A DNA stretch of 39,946 bases from the NCBI RefSeq assembly GCF_001194135.2, contig NC_068983.1, positions 123,198,303 to 123,238,248 on the forward strand, written 5' to 3'. Below are positions 13,257 through 26,199 of this stretch, in pieces. The notes under the pieces were generated by a model. That model saw nothing but the letters and a program-made list of their open reading frames with translations. It was not told the DNA's origin and searched no databases. The stretch comes from Octopus bimaculoides (taxonomy: Eukaryota). The first letter of the stretch is position 1. The number at the start of each line of letters is the position of its first letter. The position numbers were made by a program, and so were the translations under genes.

Positions 13257-14652
13257 TCTCTCTTTTCTCTCTTTCCCATCATAATATAGTTACTACTAAG
13301 TTTTTCATTCCTTCTCTTAAACGGTTTCCTCACTGTGCAGGGTAGTACATATGACAAAAAATTAAAGATTTAGCTTGGCCATGTGAGTAAGCGGCCTTTA
13401 TCAAATTTCAGCACAATATCTGGGGGGTGTTTGACCTGAAAGCAATGCATTTGTTTTCCATGTGTGATAACCCAGTTACAAGCACTATATTGTTTCTATG
13501 GCTCTGCCCTTTTTCCTATCAAATACCTCCCTTCTTCTACTCATTCTATTTCTTCCTTTCCTTCCTTCTCTTCCTTTAGTCCTCTTACAAATTATCACTT
13601 CCCTTTCCTCTTTATCTCTCTTCCACTTATCTTATACTGATTCTTATTGTCTCTCTTCACCCCCACCTTCCATGTCTGTACTATTCCTTCAGTGTTCTGC
13701 TTTGTTATAACCAGAAATGACTAACAAAAGTAGCATTCATTTTTTAAAGTCATTCAATTTTTTTTCAACCGATCTATGGACCGATTGAGTAAACCAATCA
13801 ATTAGCGAACCTATAATGACTACTGGAAACAGCTGTAAGTGAAATTTACTGTAATAAAGAAAAATATTTATTATTTATACCTTGTCTTGTGTGTCACTTT
13901 GTGTAAAAACCAGTACAACTGGAGCACAGCCATAGATTTACAATATAGAATGGTGATGCCACAAGAATACATGAAGTTCTTTACTAATAGGCGCAGGAGT
14001 GGCTGTGTGGTAAGTAGCTTGCTTACCAACCACATGGTTCCGGGTTCATTCCCACTGCGTGGCACCTTGGGCAAGTGTCTTCTACTATAGCCTCGGGCCG
14101 ACCAAGGCCTTGTGAATGGATTTGGTAGACAGAAACTGAAAGAAGCCTGTTGCATATATATATATATATATATGCGAGTAAAAATAAATACAAAAAAAGG
14201 TGGATTTTTTTGTATGATTGTGTATAGAGGAATATATTATTTTGCTTAAAAGAGTTCCAACACTGTCTGTTTTTTATGTTTTATTTATATTCCTGCAGAA
14301 CTAATGTGGGGTATAGAATATGGAATATACAATATNNNNNNNNNNNNNNNNNNNNNNNNNNNNNNNNNNNNNNNNNNNNNNNNNNNNNNNNNNNNNNNNN
14401 NNNNNNNNNNNNNNNNNNNNNNNNNNNNNNNNNNNNNNNNNNNNNNNNNNNNNNNNNNNNNNNNNNNNNNNNNNNNNNNNNNNNNNNNNNNNNNNNNNNN
14501 NNNNNNNNNNNNNNNNNNNNNNNNNNNNNNNNNNNNNNNNNNNNNNNNNNNNNNNNNNNNNNNNNNNNNNNNNNNNNNNNNNNNNNNNNNNNNNNNNNNN
14601 NNNNNNNNNNNNNNNNNNNNNNNNNNNNNNNNNNNNNNNNNNNNNNNNNNNN

Positions 14653-14699
<47 letters not shown>

Positions 14700-17600
14700 A
14701 TATATGTATGTGTGTTTGTGTGTCTATGTTTGTTCCGCCACCATTGCTTGACAACCGATGCTGGTGTGTTTACGTCCCCGTAACTTAGCGGTTTGGCAAA
14801 AAAAAAAAAAGAGACCGATAGAATAAGTACTAGGCTTACAAAGAATAAGCCCTAGGGTCGATTTACTCGACTAAAGGCGGTGCTCCAGCTTGGCCGCAGT
14901 CAAATGACTGAAACAAGCAAAAGAGTAAAGAGAATTTAAACAATATTGTTAGCCTGCTGTACTAACAGAGAGCTTATAAGGTATTTTGCCCAGATTAATA
15001 ATCCCTTACTAATAACTCTATTTTAGTATATGCGTGTATGTACATATGCAGTTTATGAAGAGATTCATACTTCAATATGACCAAGATGCTTCCAGTGAGT
15101 ATACTGTGTGGGAATCTTAATTTACTCCACTGATGGTGTTGTAGGACTGATCAACCATTGACAGGTTCCTTTCATTATGGAAGTTCTCTACCTTCCTAAC
15201 ATGTTTTATTTATCTTTCTTTTTATCTAAAGCAAGAGATTAGTTTATGAGATGACCATTTCCACTGCTGTTTCACAGCTGAATATTTGGTTTGTAGGAAG
15301 AAGGACAACTAGCTGTAAAAACTCTTAAGTCATTATGTATGTATTTAGACAAATGTACCCATTCTCCTATAGGTGATACAGCGTTACCTGGTCTTCCAAA
15401 TGAAATAATGTTTATTTATAACAAAAGTAAAGGATAACTTGTCCAAAATTTAGAAAAAGGAAGCATTTTTGCATATATGAAAAACTGAAACTCAAAATAA
15501 AAATATTTAAAGTATTCATCTTATTATATTTGAAAATCTAATGAAGCCACTCGAATAAAATATTTAAATGCCTGAGATAAATTAACACATTGGCTCCCAC
15601 ACCTCCTGCTGGTGGGTCATGGTGGTATGTTAGCGAGTCCCACCCGGTCCACCAGCGGGTTGTTTTTTTTAATCTCTTTCCTATGGGCTTTCTGAGAGCT
15701 GGTATGTTCCAATTGCTTTGATTTGTGCTGTTGTTGGTACACTAAGATAACAATTTTTTGGGGGGGGGGATTCTTGTTTTTCTTCTGATATCACCATGTA
15801 ATAAGGTAAAATAAAAGATTGAGTATTGAGAAAATTTTATTTTCCATTGAAACATAAATAACTAGTTCTTTTTGAAAAAAATGGTAGATTTCCTAATAGA
15901 AACAGAAGGGAATGAAAAATATTTTACTTGCCATGGAAACCGAAATAGTTCTTTTTGAAAAGATTTTGAGATCTTCCAATAGAAAGTACCCAAAAATTTT
16001 AATTGACCAATATTCCTAATGTTTCTTGCTGAAATACGCAAGGCAAAGGGAAGGATTATCTGTGCATTCAGCACAATATGCATTTACTTTTTTTGCTTTT
16101 TTATCTGCTTCTTTTGCACTCATTCTATTTCTCATTTGGCTGTAACAGTCTACACATCTTTTATGAACTATTCTGTTCGATTAGTCCCTTTCACTGCATC
16201 TTTTGAAGTTATGGCAGGTACCAGTGCTTGCAGTTCTTGATGTTGTTGGTGGGTGATTGTCCACATTACAGGGTGATTCAATAATAGATTTTTCTAAACT
16301 CTGAAATCTGCACTTTCTTTTGATTGTTCTTTCGAAATATCACTAAAACATTTACTACAGCTGTGCTGAGCAGGTATTCAAGAGCAAACTTGTGATACTA
16401 TCTGATGCTTTTTCTAAGCGGTGTGAAGTAGCTCGCCATTTGTTCAGAGATATCTGTCCCTTGTTTCATCGTATTGTAGCTGAGAATTATTTCTAGCTTC
16501 TTTACTTCCACATCATTTACTCTTTGCTCTGTTTCCCTGAAGCTAAGGTCATGTTTCATAGATGCGTTGGCACTCTGTCGCTTACGACGTCGAGGGTTCC
16601 AATTGATCCGATCAACGGAACAGCCTGCTCGTGAAATTAACGTGCAAGTGGCTGAGCACTCCACAGACACGTGTACCCGTAACGTAGGTCTCCGGGATAT
16701 TCAACGTGACACAGTATGACCAGGCTGACCCTTTGAATTACAGGCACAACAGAAATAGGAAGTAAGAGTGAGAGAAAGTTGTGGTGGAAGAGTACAGCAG
16801 GGTTCGCCACCATCCCCTGCCGGAGCCTCGTGGAGCCTTAGGTGTTTTCGCTCAATAAACACTCACAACGCCCGGTCTGGGAATCGAAACTGCGATCCTA
16901 CGACCGCGAGTCCGCTGCCCTAACCACTGGGCCATTGCGCCTCCACTGTTTCATAGATAACATTAGCACATCATGCCTATCCTTCTACTCTGCCACTACA
17001 ATTCCATCATTTTGTTACATGCTAGAAGTATCAGCAGGATGATAAAGATCATCATCTTCTGAAGACAGATTACATTGGGAATTATCATCTCCATCTTCGC
17101 TGCTGGAACTGCTCAGAATGGTTTTTCTTAGAACTATGAAAGAGAGTCACTGGTACTTTGCTTTGATCGGTGCTCATTATGGGATCTGCTGTTTTTGGAA
17201 TACCTGGTATTGCTAATTTATTTTTAGGTTTGCTAATTTATTTTTAGGTTTGCTAATTTAGATTATGCTAGTTTGCAAATTATAGACAATTAATAACCTG
17301 GAAAGAAAGAAACAAGAGTTAGTATGTATGTAATAGTTATATCTCTAAAATTTCCACACAACCCACAGGTAGGTCATGTGGTATCTAGGATGTAATATGA
17401 ACTAGGGTACCACGCGACCCTCCAGTGGGATGTAAGTATCAAATACTACCTATGTGATGGTTGCTTCGTGTGCGGTATAGTGTAAAAATATTATGCCGTT
17501 CATGTCAAAGTTAAGATATCGTATTGGGAGCCTGAGATAAAACGTAAAATGATTCTCAGGAGCCAATGCGTTGAGATAATCTACAGAGTAGGCATGAATA

Positions 17601-19203
17601 TTATAAATATAAATTCTAAAGCTCAAATTTTATGGTTTATAAAACCATAATTTAAACCTATTTAAACTTGTCACATTTTTGCTCATCATCTTCAGACCTA
17701 CAATGAAATTAAGTACCATACCAAGAAGCACTACTTAGATCTGGTAGAGAAATCTCCTTGTTTACTTCTTTAACAGTCAAATCCAGTGTTATTTGTTTAA
17801 TCATTACTATTACTAACAGTAGAATCTGTCATCAAATCCTATCCACACAACCAGTTAAGTTCTTTGTAGTTTTGCAATTTACTGTCTTAACTGAATATAT
17901 CAACATTATCTAACACTATTAATATAATGAATGCAACAATGTTAATCATTTTTTACTTTACTTTCTCTTCTAGTTTTACTGCTGAAGATTTGTTTGGACG
18001 TATTGAATCAAAACACTCATTCACAGCTGCAAATGCCTTTAAATATGATGCATGGCATGCTTTAGTTATTACAAGGAAACATCATCCATTGAAATGGTCT
18101 GAAGATATATTTTTAGACTGTATGAAAGTAGCTAGAGAATGGTGAGTTTACTGTTTTCCTTGTAAATACATTCCTTCAAAGGTAAGTTAACCATCAACCA
18201 AAATTGTTATTTGTAGTTTGAATTTAAAATCCAGTGTAGCACACAACTTCATCAAATGCTTTAACACTTTGAAGTTTGATAAGAATCACTTAGTTTATAT
18301 GATGATGATGATGGACTCTCCTGTTGAAGACAGCATATGGGCATTCAGCTTTTGCGTAACAACCTGCACAAATGATCTGCTTATACTGATCAAATGTATG
18401 TACTGTACATTAGCTCACTTTCTCCATTAAATCAATGTTGTCTGAACAGGCACACAGTGTACCACATGTCAGGTGTCGAAGTGATTGCAGAGCAACATGA
18501 ATCGAAGTGTTTTTGCTCAACAACACAATGCACCACCCAGTCTAGGAATTGAAACCACAATCTTGCGATTATGAGTGCAACACCTTAATCACTTCGCCAT
18601 GCATCCTCAGAACATGATGATGATAATGATAATGGTCTCAAATTTTGCCACAAGGCCCACAATTTTAGGGGGAGGGATAAATCAATTACATTGATCCCAG
18701 TGTACAAATGGTACTTCTTTTATTGATCTTGATAGAATGAAAGGCAAAGTCAACCTCTGCAGGATTTGAACTTGAAACTTAAAGATGAACGAAATGCTGC
18801 TATGCATTTTACCCAGGATTCTGCCAGCTCTCTTACCTTAATAATAATGATTTCAAATTTTGGCACCGAACCAGCAGTTATTCTCATGTTATTTTGTGAT
18901 CACTTCGACACCTGACATGTGGTACACTGTGCACCTGCTCAGGCAACAGTGATTTGATGGAGGGAGTGAACTAATGAACAGCACATACATTTGATCATCA
19001 TAAACAAATCATTTGTGCAGGTTGTTTGGCAAAAGCCGAACACTTATACGTTGTCTTCGGTGGTAGAGTCCATCATATAAACATATAGTTTTTATTGAAG
19101 TGGATTGCACTGTGTTGACAAGCTTGCTCTTAAAATTCCTGTGTTTTAAATCAAAACTTGTTAGTTACTATAGTGACAACACTATCTATTTATCTTTCAC
19201 ATG

Positions 19204-19279
<76 letters not shown>

Positions 19280-22200
19280 CTATCTCTCTCTCTCAACAAC
19301 TTTTTCTTCTCACCTTCTAAAAATACATTGTGGCATATGTTTCGATACCTCCCCTTCTTTCCCTCCTTCTAATGCATATTATGACAGACAGACAGACAGT
19401 CAGATCCACTTCTATTTTATAATAGATTATAACTTAGGTATTATTAGGGAAAAGAGCACAATCTTTCTGTGTATTTCCACCTCATCTATTAAAGACTTTC
19501 ATGATATGGTCTTCTTGCAACTATCACTTCCAACTCTCCCTGCTTTTATGTATCCTATAACATATATATATATATATATATATATATCTGTCATTTCTTA
19601 CTTATATGTGAGTATGTATGTGTATGTGGCTGTGTGCATATAATGAGTATACAGATATATATGTGCTTGTTTGTATGTAAGATACATGTATATGTGAATG
19701 TACATATATATGCTTACATGTATGTATAAAATACATATGAGCTATGTTTATACACTTACTCTCACCATTGCCAATTTTCCATGGTGTTGCTCACAGTTTC
19801 CTTTTCTCTCCTTTTCCCCTAGCTGAGGCTACTCGGTGCCTAGGTAGGACCCCACCTCTTCTTTTTCCTTGTCTACCTCTTCATCACCCTCTCCCTTTCA
19901 CATATTTGTACCCAGTGATTTGTGGGATTAGGTTTTGTATGATTACAATGAACTAAAATCTCATTCTTCTTCTTGTATCTCAGGAGGACCTGCTAGGAAT
20001 CTTTCTACAGTCTCATCCTCATATTTCTGATTATATAATCAATAGCAACATAGCTATTTTTGAATGATTTTAACACTGTAAATAATGGAGCTTTGGTCTA
20101 TAAAGAATTGAAATATATTAGTTTTCTGCATTAATACAAAACCACAAATATTTTATATTAGGTCAATTGAATCAACTTCATGCATGTGTTGCATTTATTT
20201 TACTGAACCCAGTTATAAATTTAGAATGTAAGAAGACAAAACTAATTACTGTAAGATGTTTAACTTGACAAACTACTGTCTCTATCATACCTGAGTTAGC
20301 ACAGTTTTATGTAATCTGGGTAGCACAGTACAGCTAAGGATGTATTATGTGTTTTTAGGTTTAGAATATCACTCCCTAACAGGAGTTAACAATGGGGTGG
20401 ATGCTGGTGATGATGAGTTTCTAACTCATTGGGTACTACTGAAAATGTAATCTTCATATGGTGTATCTGTTGGATCCCATTTGCTTTTTAACTATACTTA
20501 CAGAAATAGTTAAACATAATACTACCAGCTAATAAAATAACTGTTAGTTTTACTGTTCTTGTTATTTAGAATGTTGAGTGCTTCCACACTATATTACCTA
20601 TTTGCTGTTAGTAGGACTGGTTTTAAACACAGTGCAATACTAATGACAGGATATAAGCCTTTCAGCTGCTGGCCCAACACCATATTAATTTTATGGTTCA
20701 AAACAGTTAAGCCAGTAGAAAATAGAAGTGAAGTTCTAACAGAAAACTGAAATTGCTACAGTTTTGTTCAAGGTGAAAATGCTGAAAAAACATTGTATCA
20801 GAAGATAAACTGTAGTACATTATTTCTCTCCCTTTTTTTCATGGATTTGTTCTTTTGCTTTCTCTCATGAGTTTTCTATATTATATATTGCTTATTTATC
20901 ACTGAACACTATCATTACAGGTATGAAAAAGTACATTCAGTAGATATCCGCTACAAATTACCAACGTTATTGTGGGATCTGCTGCCCCATGCCAGTGCCA
21001 GCCAAGTTCATCCACATATGCATATCAATCTACTTCCAGACAGATATTATGGTAAATATATTTAAATGAGAAATTATATGGTCATAAAGTCAACTGTATC
21101 TTCTTTATTTATGTTCATTTTTCATTCTGATATTTCAGCATAAGTACCCAACTGCATCTCCCTACCACAAATCACATATTCACCATTATACTGTCTACAC
21201 CAACAAAAGTTGATTATTTCATCAATGACAGAAACTCATAGACCCTGTAATCAACTTCATTTCCTTTTGCATTAGGTGGATAAACAATAATTCTTCTCAT
21301 CAGATTATTTATCTGTTGCTTGTTATATACCAAAACATCCCAGCAACTACTCACCAGGAAAGAGATAAACTGGGAGGATGTAGAATTAAATAAAATACCT
21401 ACAGCAGATTTTGATTACTGATTCATGAACTGATGGTCCATTACTTAGTCTGTTCAACCATTTCATTTACACAAAGCCACTTAGAATTGAAATTAAGATA
21501 TTTTAAACAATTGATGTGTAAATAGATAGGCAGAGGTCACTTTCTTAAGGAGTGGAGACACATGGCTTAGTGATTAGGGTATTGGTCTCATGATCATAAG
21601 ATCATGGTTTTGATTCCTGGACTGGGCGATGCATTGTGTTCTTGATCAAAACACTTCATTTCATGTTGCTCCAGTCTACTCAGCTAATAAAACAGAATAA
21701 TCCTGTGGTGGACTTGTGTCCCATCTAGGGAGGAATATATATACCAGAGAAACCAGGAAACTAGCCCTTTGCTGCTTATGAAGTAATGTGGACAAACCAC
21801 TTTGCTAAGAACTTAATAACAGAAAAAGCAGAGTAGACTTGTGATATAAACTTAGGGGGCTTTTTGAAAAAGCAAAAACTGCCAATATGATAACTGTGAG
21901 AACAGCATTTGACCACATTCTCTATACTAACCACAGATGCTGTGTTATTTGCAAAAAGGTTAAAATATAGGTCATATCAAACCTAGATATGTGCATAGTT
22001 TATAACTACTAACTACCCAGCTTAATATTATTTCAACATCACACTAGAACAAGGCATGGTATATTTGGAACAATGGAATTAGTCGTTTGAGAACTCTCTG
22101 CATGCCATAGATTTGCTAGCAACCAGAACCGTTCTTTACTGCAATATCATTTCAATGTCTCTCCTATCATTTCCTTACAGGGGTTATAGAAAACTGGCGT

Positions 22201-25200
22201 ATTGCAGCTGAACACTTCAGTAATGATTATCCAGAAAGAAACTATTTCTCAGAAGTACTCTACATCCATTCAATGTTAGACTTGGCTTTCCATTATAAAA
22301 CTGCCGCTGCATTTGCTAATATTGTGAGTATCTTTGCATTTCTCTTCTTTTTTATTCTTTTTTAATTTCTCCTTTTTGTGTGTTTTTCTTTTCTTGTTTT
22401 TAATATCAGTGCAATTCAGATCCGTTCAGTTGTCAATTATGTACTCAAAGAAATGCAGTCCATGTTGCTGAAACAACAAATTGTAGAAGTGAATTAATCT
22501 ATATCAAATGACAATCGAAGAGCTGGAACAAATACCACAAGACATTTTATCTCTACCAATTCTGTCAGTCCACTGTTATAATAATAATTTCTGACTTCAA
22601 AATAAGAATGAAGCATATAGTTGATTATGACTACTACTTATATGAACACCCTTGAGAGATGAAGACAAAGTCAATTTCATTGAGAGTTGAACTGACTATA
22701 GACAGATGATGCTAGATATTGTAAGATCCAGAAATGATGAACCAATGAGGAAGTCTTTATGTGGTCATTCAACCTGCTAGAAATATCAGTCAGATAACTT
22801 AAACCATAACTTAATATCTTAAGAAAGAAAAGTCAAACTATATAATATAGTTCTAGATACACTGTGTAGCAAAAAGTAATTATAGCTGCTACACCATTGG
22901 TCATAAGTTTGCTTGATCTTAACTGACCTTTGGTAAACAATTTCATCAGCAATATTTCAATAACATAATGTCATAACAGTAACAAAAATATTTTTACTCT
23001 GGAGTTGTTGATGATATTAAGAGTATTTACTGACTGAAAGAAGAAAACCTGCACAACAAAGACTAGCAGTTTTCTCTGTTGCTATGTGGACAAAAATATA
23101 TAAGTGACAAAATGCTGAAAAACCTGTCCAATCCATACCAGTATGGGGAAAAAATAGATGTGAAATGATGAGGATGTAATAACATGATATTGTTTCACAT
23201 AATATTTCTTCTTGAAATTTTGCAAAGTAAGCAATAACATCTCAACTACTGAAAGCTGTTTGTTCCTTATAGGGACCCAGGGAACCTACACAACCAACCT
23301 CTGCATAATAGTTTGTTACATTATAGTCAAAGCCCAGACTATAGCATTTCATGTCTGAGGAGCCAATTACATGAGATACTTTTCTTTGACAATCAAGTGT
23401 GTCAACATTTATTATTATTATTATTAGGTATTAGTGTTAGTCTATAATAATTTAATGATTATTTTTTTCCAGCTGATATTGACAAATTCAAATCACAACA
23501 GAATACACTCTAATATAGCTGTGACAATAACTGCTTCCATAGCACCAAGCTCTATGCTGAGTTAGAAAATCCCTGCACTGTGTTTGTATCTAACATTAAC
23601 TAAGTTTATCATTTGATATATTTTTTAATTCCATCATCACCATTTAACATTGACTTACATACTGGAATGGGTTAGATAGCTGGATAGTTTAACTGGATCC
23701 AATTAGTAATGGGACTGCATTGTGCTCCGGTGTCTTCTTTAGCGTAGTTTCTATGACTAGATGCCCTTCCTAATGTCAGCTGCTTTCTTTTTACATGGTC
23801 CTTACAATCAAAGGAAGATAAAAGAGAGATGGTACAATGATTTGGACTGGGTGATGAGAGAGAAATGGGATTTATAGATATGCAAATGTGGTAGTAGGGA
23901 GAGTAGCAAAACAGAAGCTATTAGAGGAAATAGTATGGAAGAGACAGGAGAAGGGATTTGTGTCAGAGATTAGTGAAAAAGTGGAGACAGAATGGAAAGA
24001 TGATTAAGTGGGTTGTGTCAAGGTTGTCCAGGAGCATCCTACATTAGAAGTTTGAGTATGAATGAATGGTACATGGGAAAGCTGAACAAGAAAGGTAGAA
24101 GTAGATGAGGGTGGCAAGAGATGCAAAGAATCATTGAAAGGGAAGTATGAGAGTTGTGGGTGTAGATGAGAGAAGCTTGTTGAGGTAGTTGAGAAGCTAT
24201 AAGATGACAATGAGGGAATAATGGGGTAGTCCAACCAATGCCAGCATGGAAAAACGGATGGGAAATGATGATGAAGATGTTGATGAGCGTACAGTGGGCG
24301 CAGTAAGAACAATCAAGAAAAAAATAGTGTGGCAGGCACCTTAAAGGTAAGGGAGAAGAAGAGAGTGTGAATCCAGAGAAAGTATCCTATGTGAGGAGGC
24401 TGTGGAAAGGGGACAGCAAAAGAAGTGGGTAGAGGGAGCACTAAAAAGTTATATATTTCCTGTTTTGATTGCAAAGCTAAAATATGATAATAGGTGCAAA
24501 ATGTCAATTGTCCTCCAACTATTCAATTAATTGTCCCTGTGCTGTACTAAGATTCGCTTGAGTGAACTCGTTACAATTACACTACAATATCAGCAGGTTA
24601 AGTAATCAAATATTTCAACCTCATTAATAAAAAAAAAAAATAAGTACTTAATTTTGAAAAATGGTTTATAATGCTCACAGAACATTATCTTTTAATAGAG
24701 AACTAAAAAAGTTGCTGTGAATATTAGGCCTCGTTATCTCTGAACACTCCTCCCCCCCCCCCCATCCACATATATATCAAAACTACATCACAAAGACTTT
24801 AAATCAGAGAAATACTTCAGCTATTAGTTACTAAGACTCTACGGAGCTCAAAGAAGTCCCACATTGGAATACTGCTAACATAACATAGATGCTGCTGCAC
24901 ATCAAGGAGTGAAACCTAAAGAAGGCCAGTCATCTGATTTAACATGTTTCACCCACCAATTTGCTACAACCAGGGGCTCACAGAAGTATGGTTTCTTTTT
25001 TTTTTGCGGGGGGGGGGGCTTCTTCTACAACTACTATAATGGTTTCTGCTGTTTGCATACTCCTATCATGCAGGTTGATCTGATCCACTCATCTGTCCTC
25101 CTCTTGTCACCCTTATTATGTAACATCTCCCAGAACCTTCATTGAATACATCATCATTCATTCCAATCCAGGACTACAACCCTCTAGAACTCCATCCTTG

Positions 25201-26167
25201 CCCACATTCTTCTATAGATGTTAAGGTTAAACATCAACTGAATCAGTCTCTGAAAGGCCTGCAATGGTCATAGGCACTACCTCTCTTCTAACTTATTAAA
25301 AGAAAGCAAAAACACAAGATCATATATATATATACTAAGAGTAGTTTATATTTTGTGACATAGAAACTTTTCTCAAGGGCGTTAGTGGCATAAATGAAAG
25401 GATATAGCTTTTATTCTGTATCATTTGTTAAATACAACTGAAAGAAATTCTGTTTAATGTCCTAGGTTATTTTATTTTGTTTTTCATTTGTCTTATTTAA
25501 ATTTTCATTTAGACGCCAAAGAAAGATAATGAAATTGTTGTTCTTGGTGAAGCCCCCAACGATGATTTTTTTAAACTGTTGTACTATGTACTAAGAGGTA
25601 AACAGCTTTATTTTATTAAATGTCTGTTTGAAATGAGCTATTAATAAGATTATTATTTTTTTGGACTATTCATCTCATTGTTAGAGATGAAACACTTTTC
25701 TGTATATATATCTACATTGTTTTTGTTGATTTGATCTCTTATTTCTATTTGGTGCCTTATTTTTGGCAGTCTACATAGTACCAGACTGCTTTATTTCATT
25801 TGTTCTTTTTTTTAACCCTAATTTATCAGTCAAATCGTCCAACCCATGCTAGGCATGGAAAGCAGACGTTAAACAATGATGATGATATATATATATATAT
25901 CTGTAAAAATATGTGACACTTATTCGGTAGCAATGATAAAACTCTGAGTTTTGGATGCCAGGGTGGGAGCCCACGCCAACATCTCTTCAGTTATCCAGCC
26001 ATTGAAAATTCCTGTGAAAAATGATGTTGGCGTGGGCTCCCACCCCGGCATCCGAAACTCAGAGTTTTATCATGGCTACCGAATAAGTATCACATATTTT
26101 TACAGATAAATTCCTTTATTTACATAATATCAAGGCCCCTTTCTTTCTTTTGTTGTCCTTCCTATCA

Positions 26168-26199
<32 letters not shown>

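Noticed and set aside
13341-13382. Candidate 42-nt cryptic exon (tgtgcag ... gtgagt) in intron 5 that would add an in-frame TAA
   Set aside because: Only splice-like motifs support it, and these are common by chance. It would need junction reads to be called a poison exon.
17210-17262. About 2.5 copies of a 20-nt tandem unit (tgctaatttatttttaggtt)
   Set aside because: Small slippage duplication within the piggyBac relic with no further signal.
15570-17541. 12-bp direct repeat gcctgagataaa at 15570-15581 and 17530-17541
   Set aside because: One copy is outside and one inside the piggyBac ends, so it is not a TSD; treated as coincidence.
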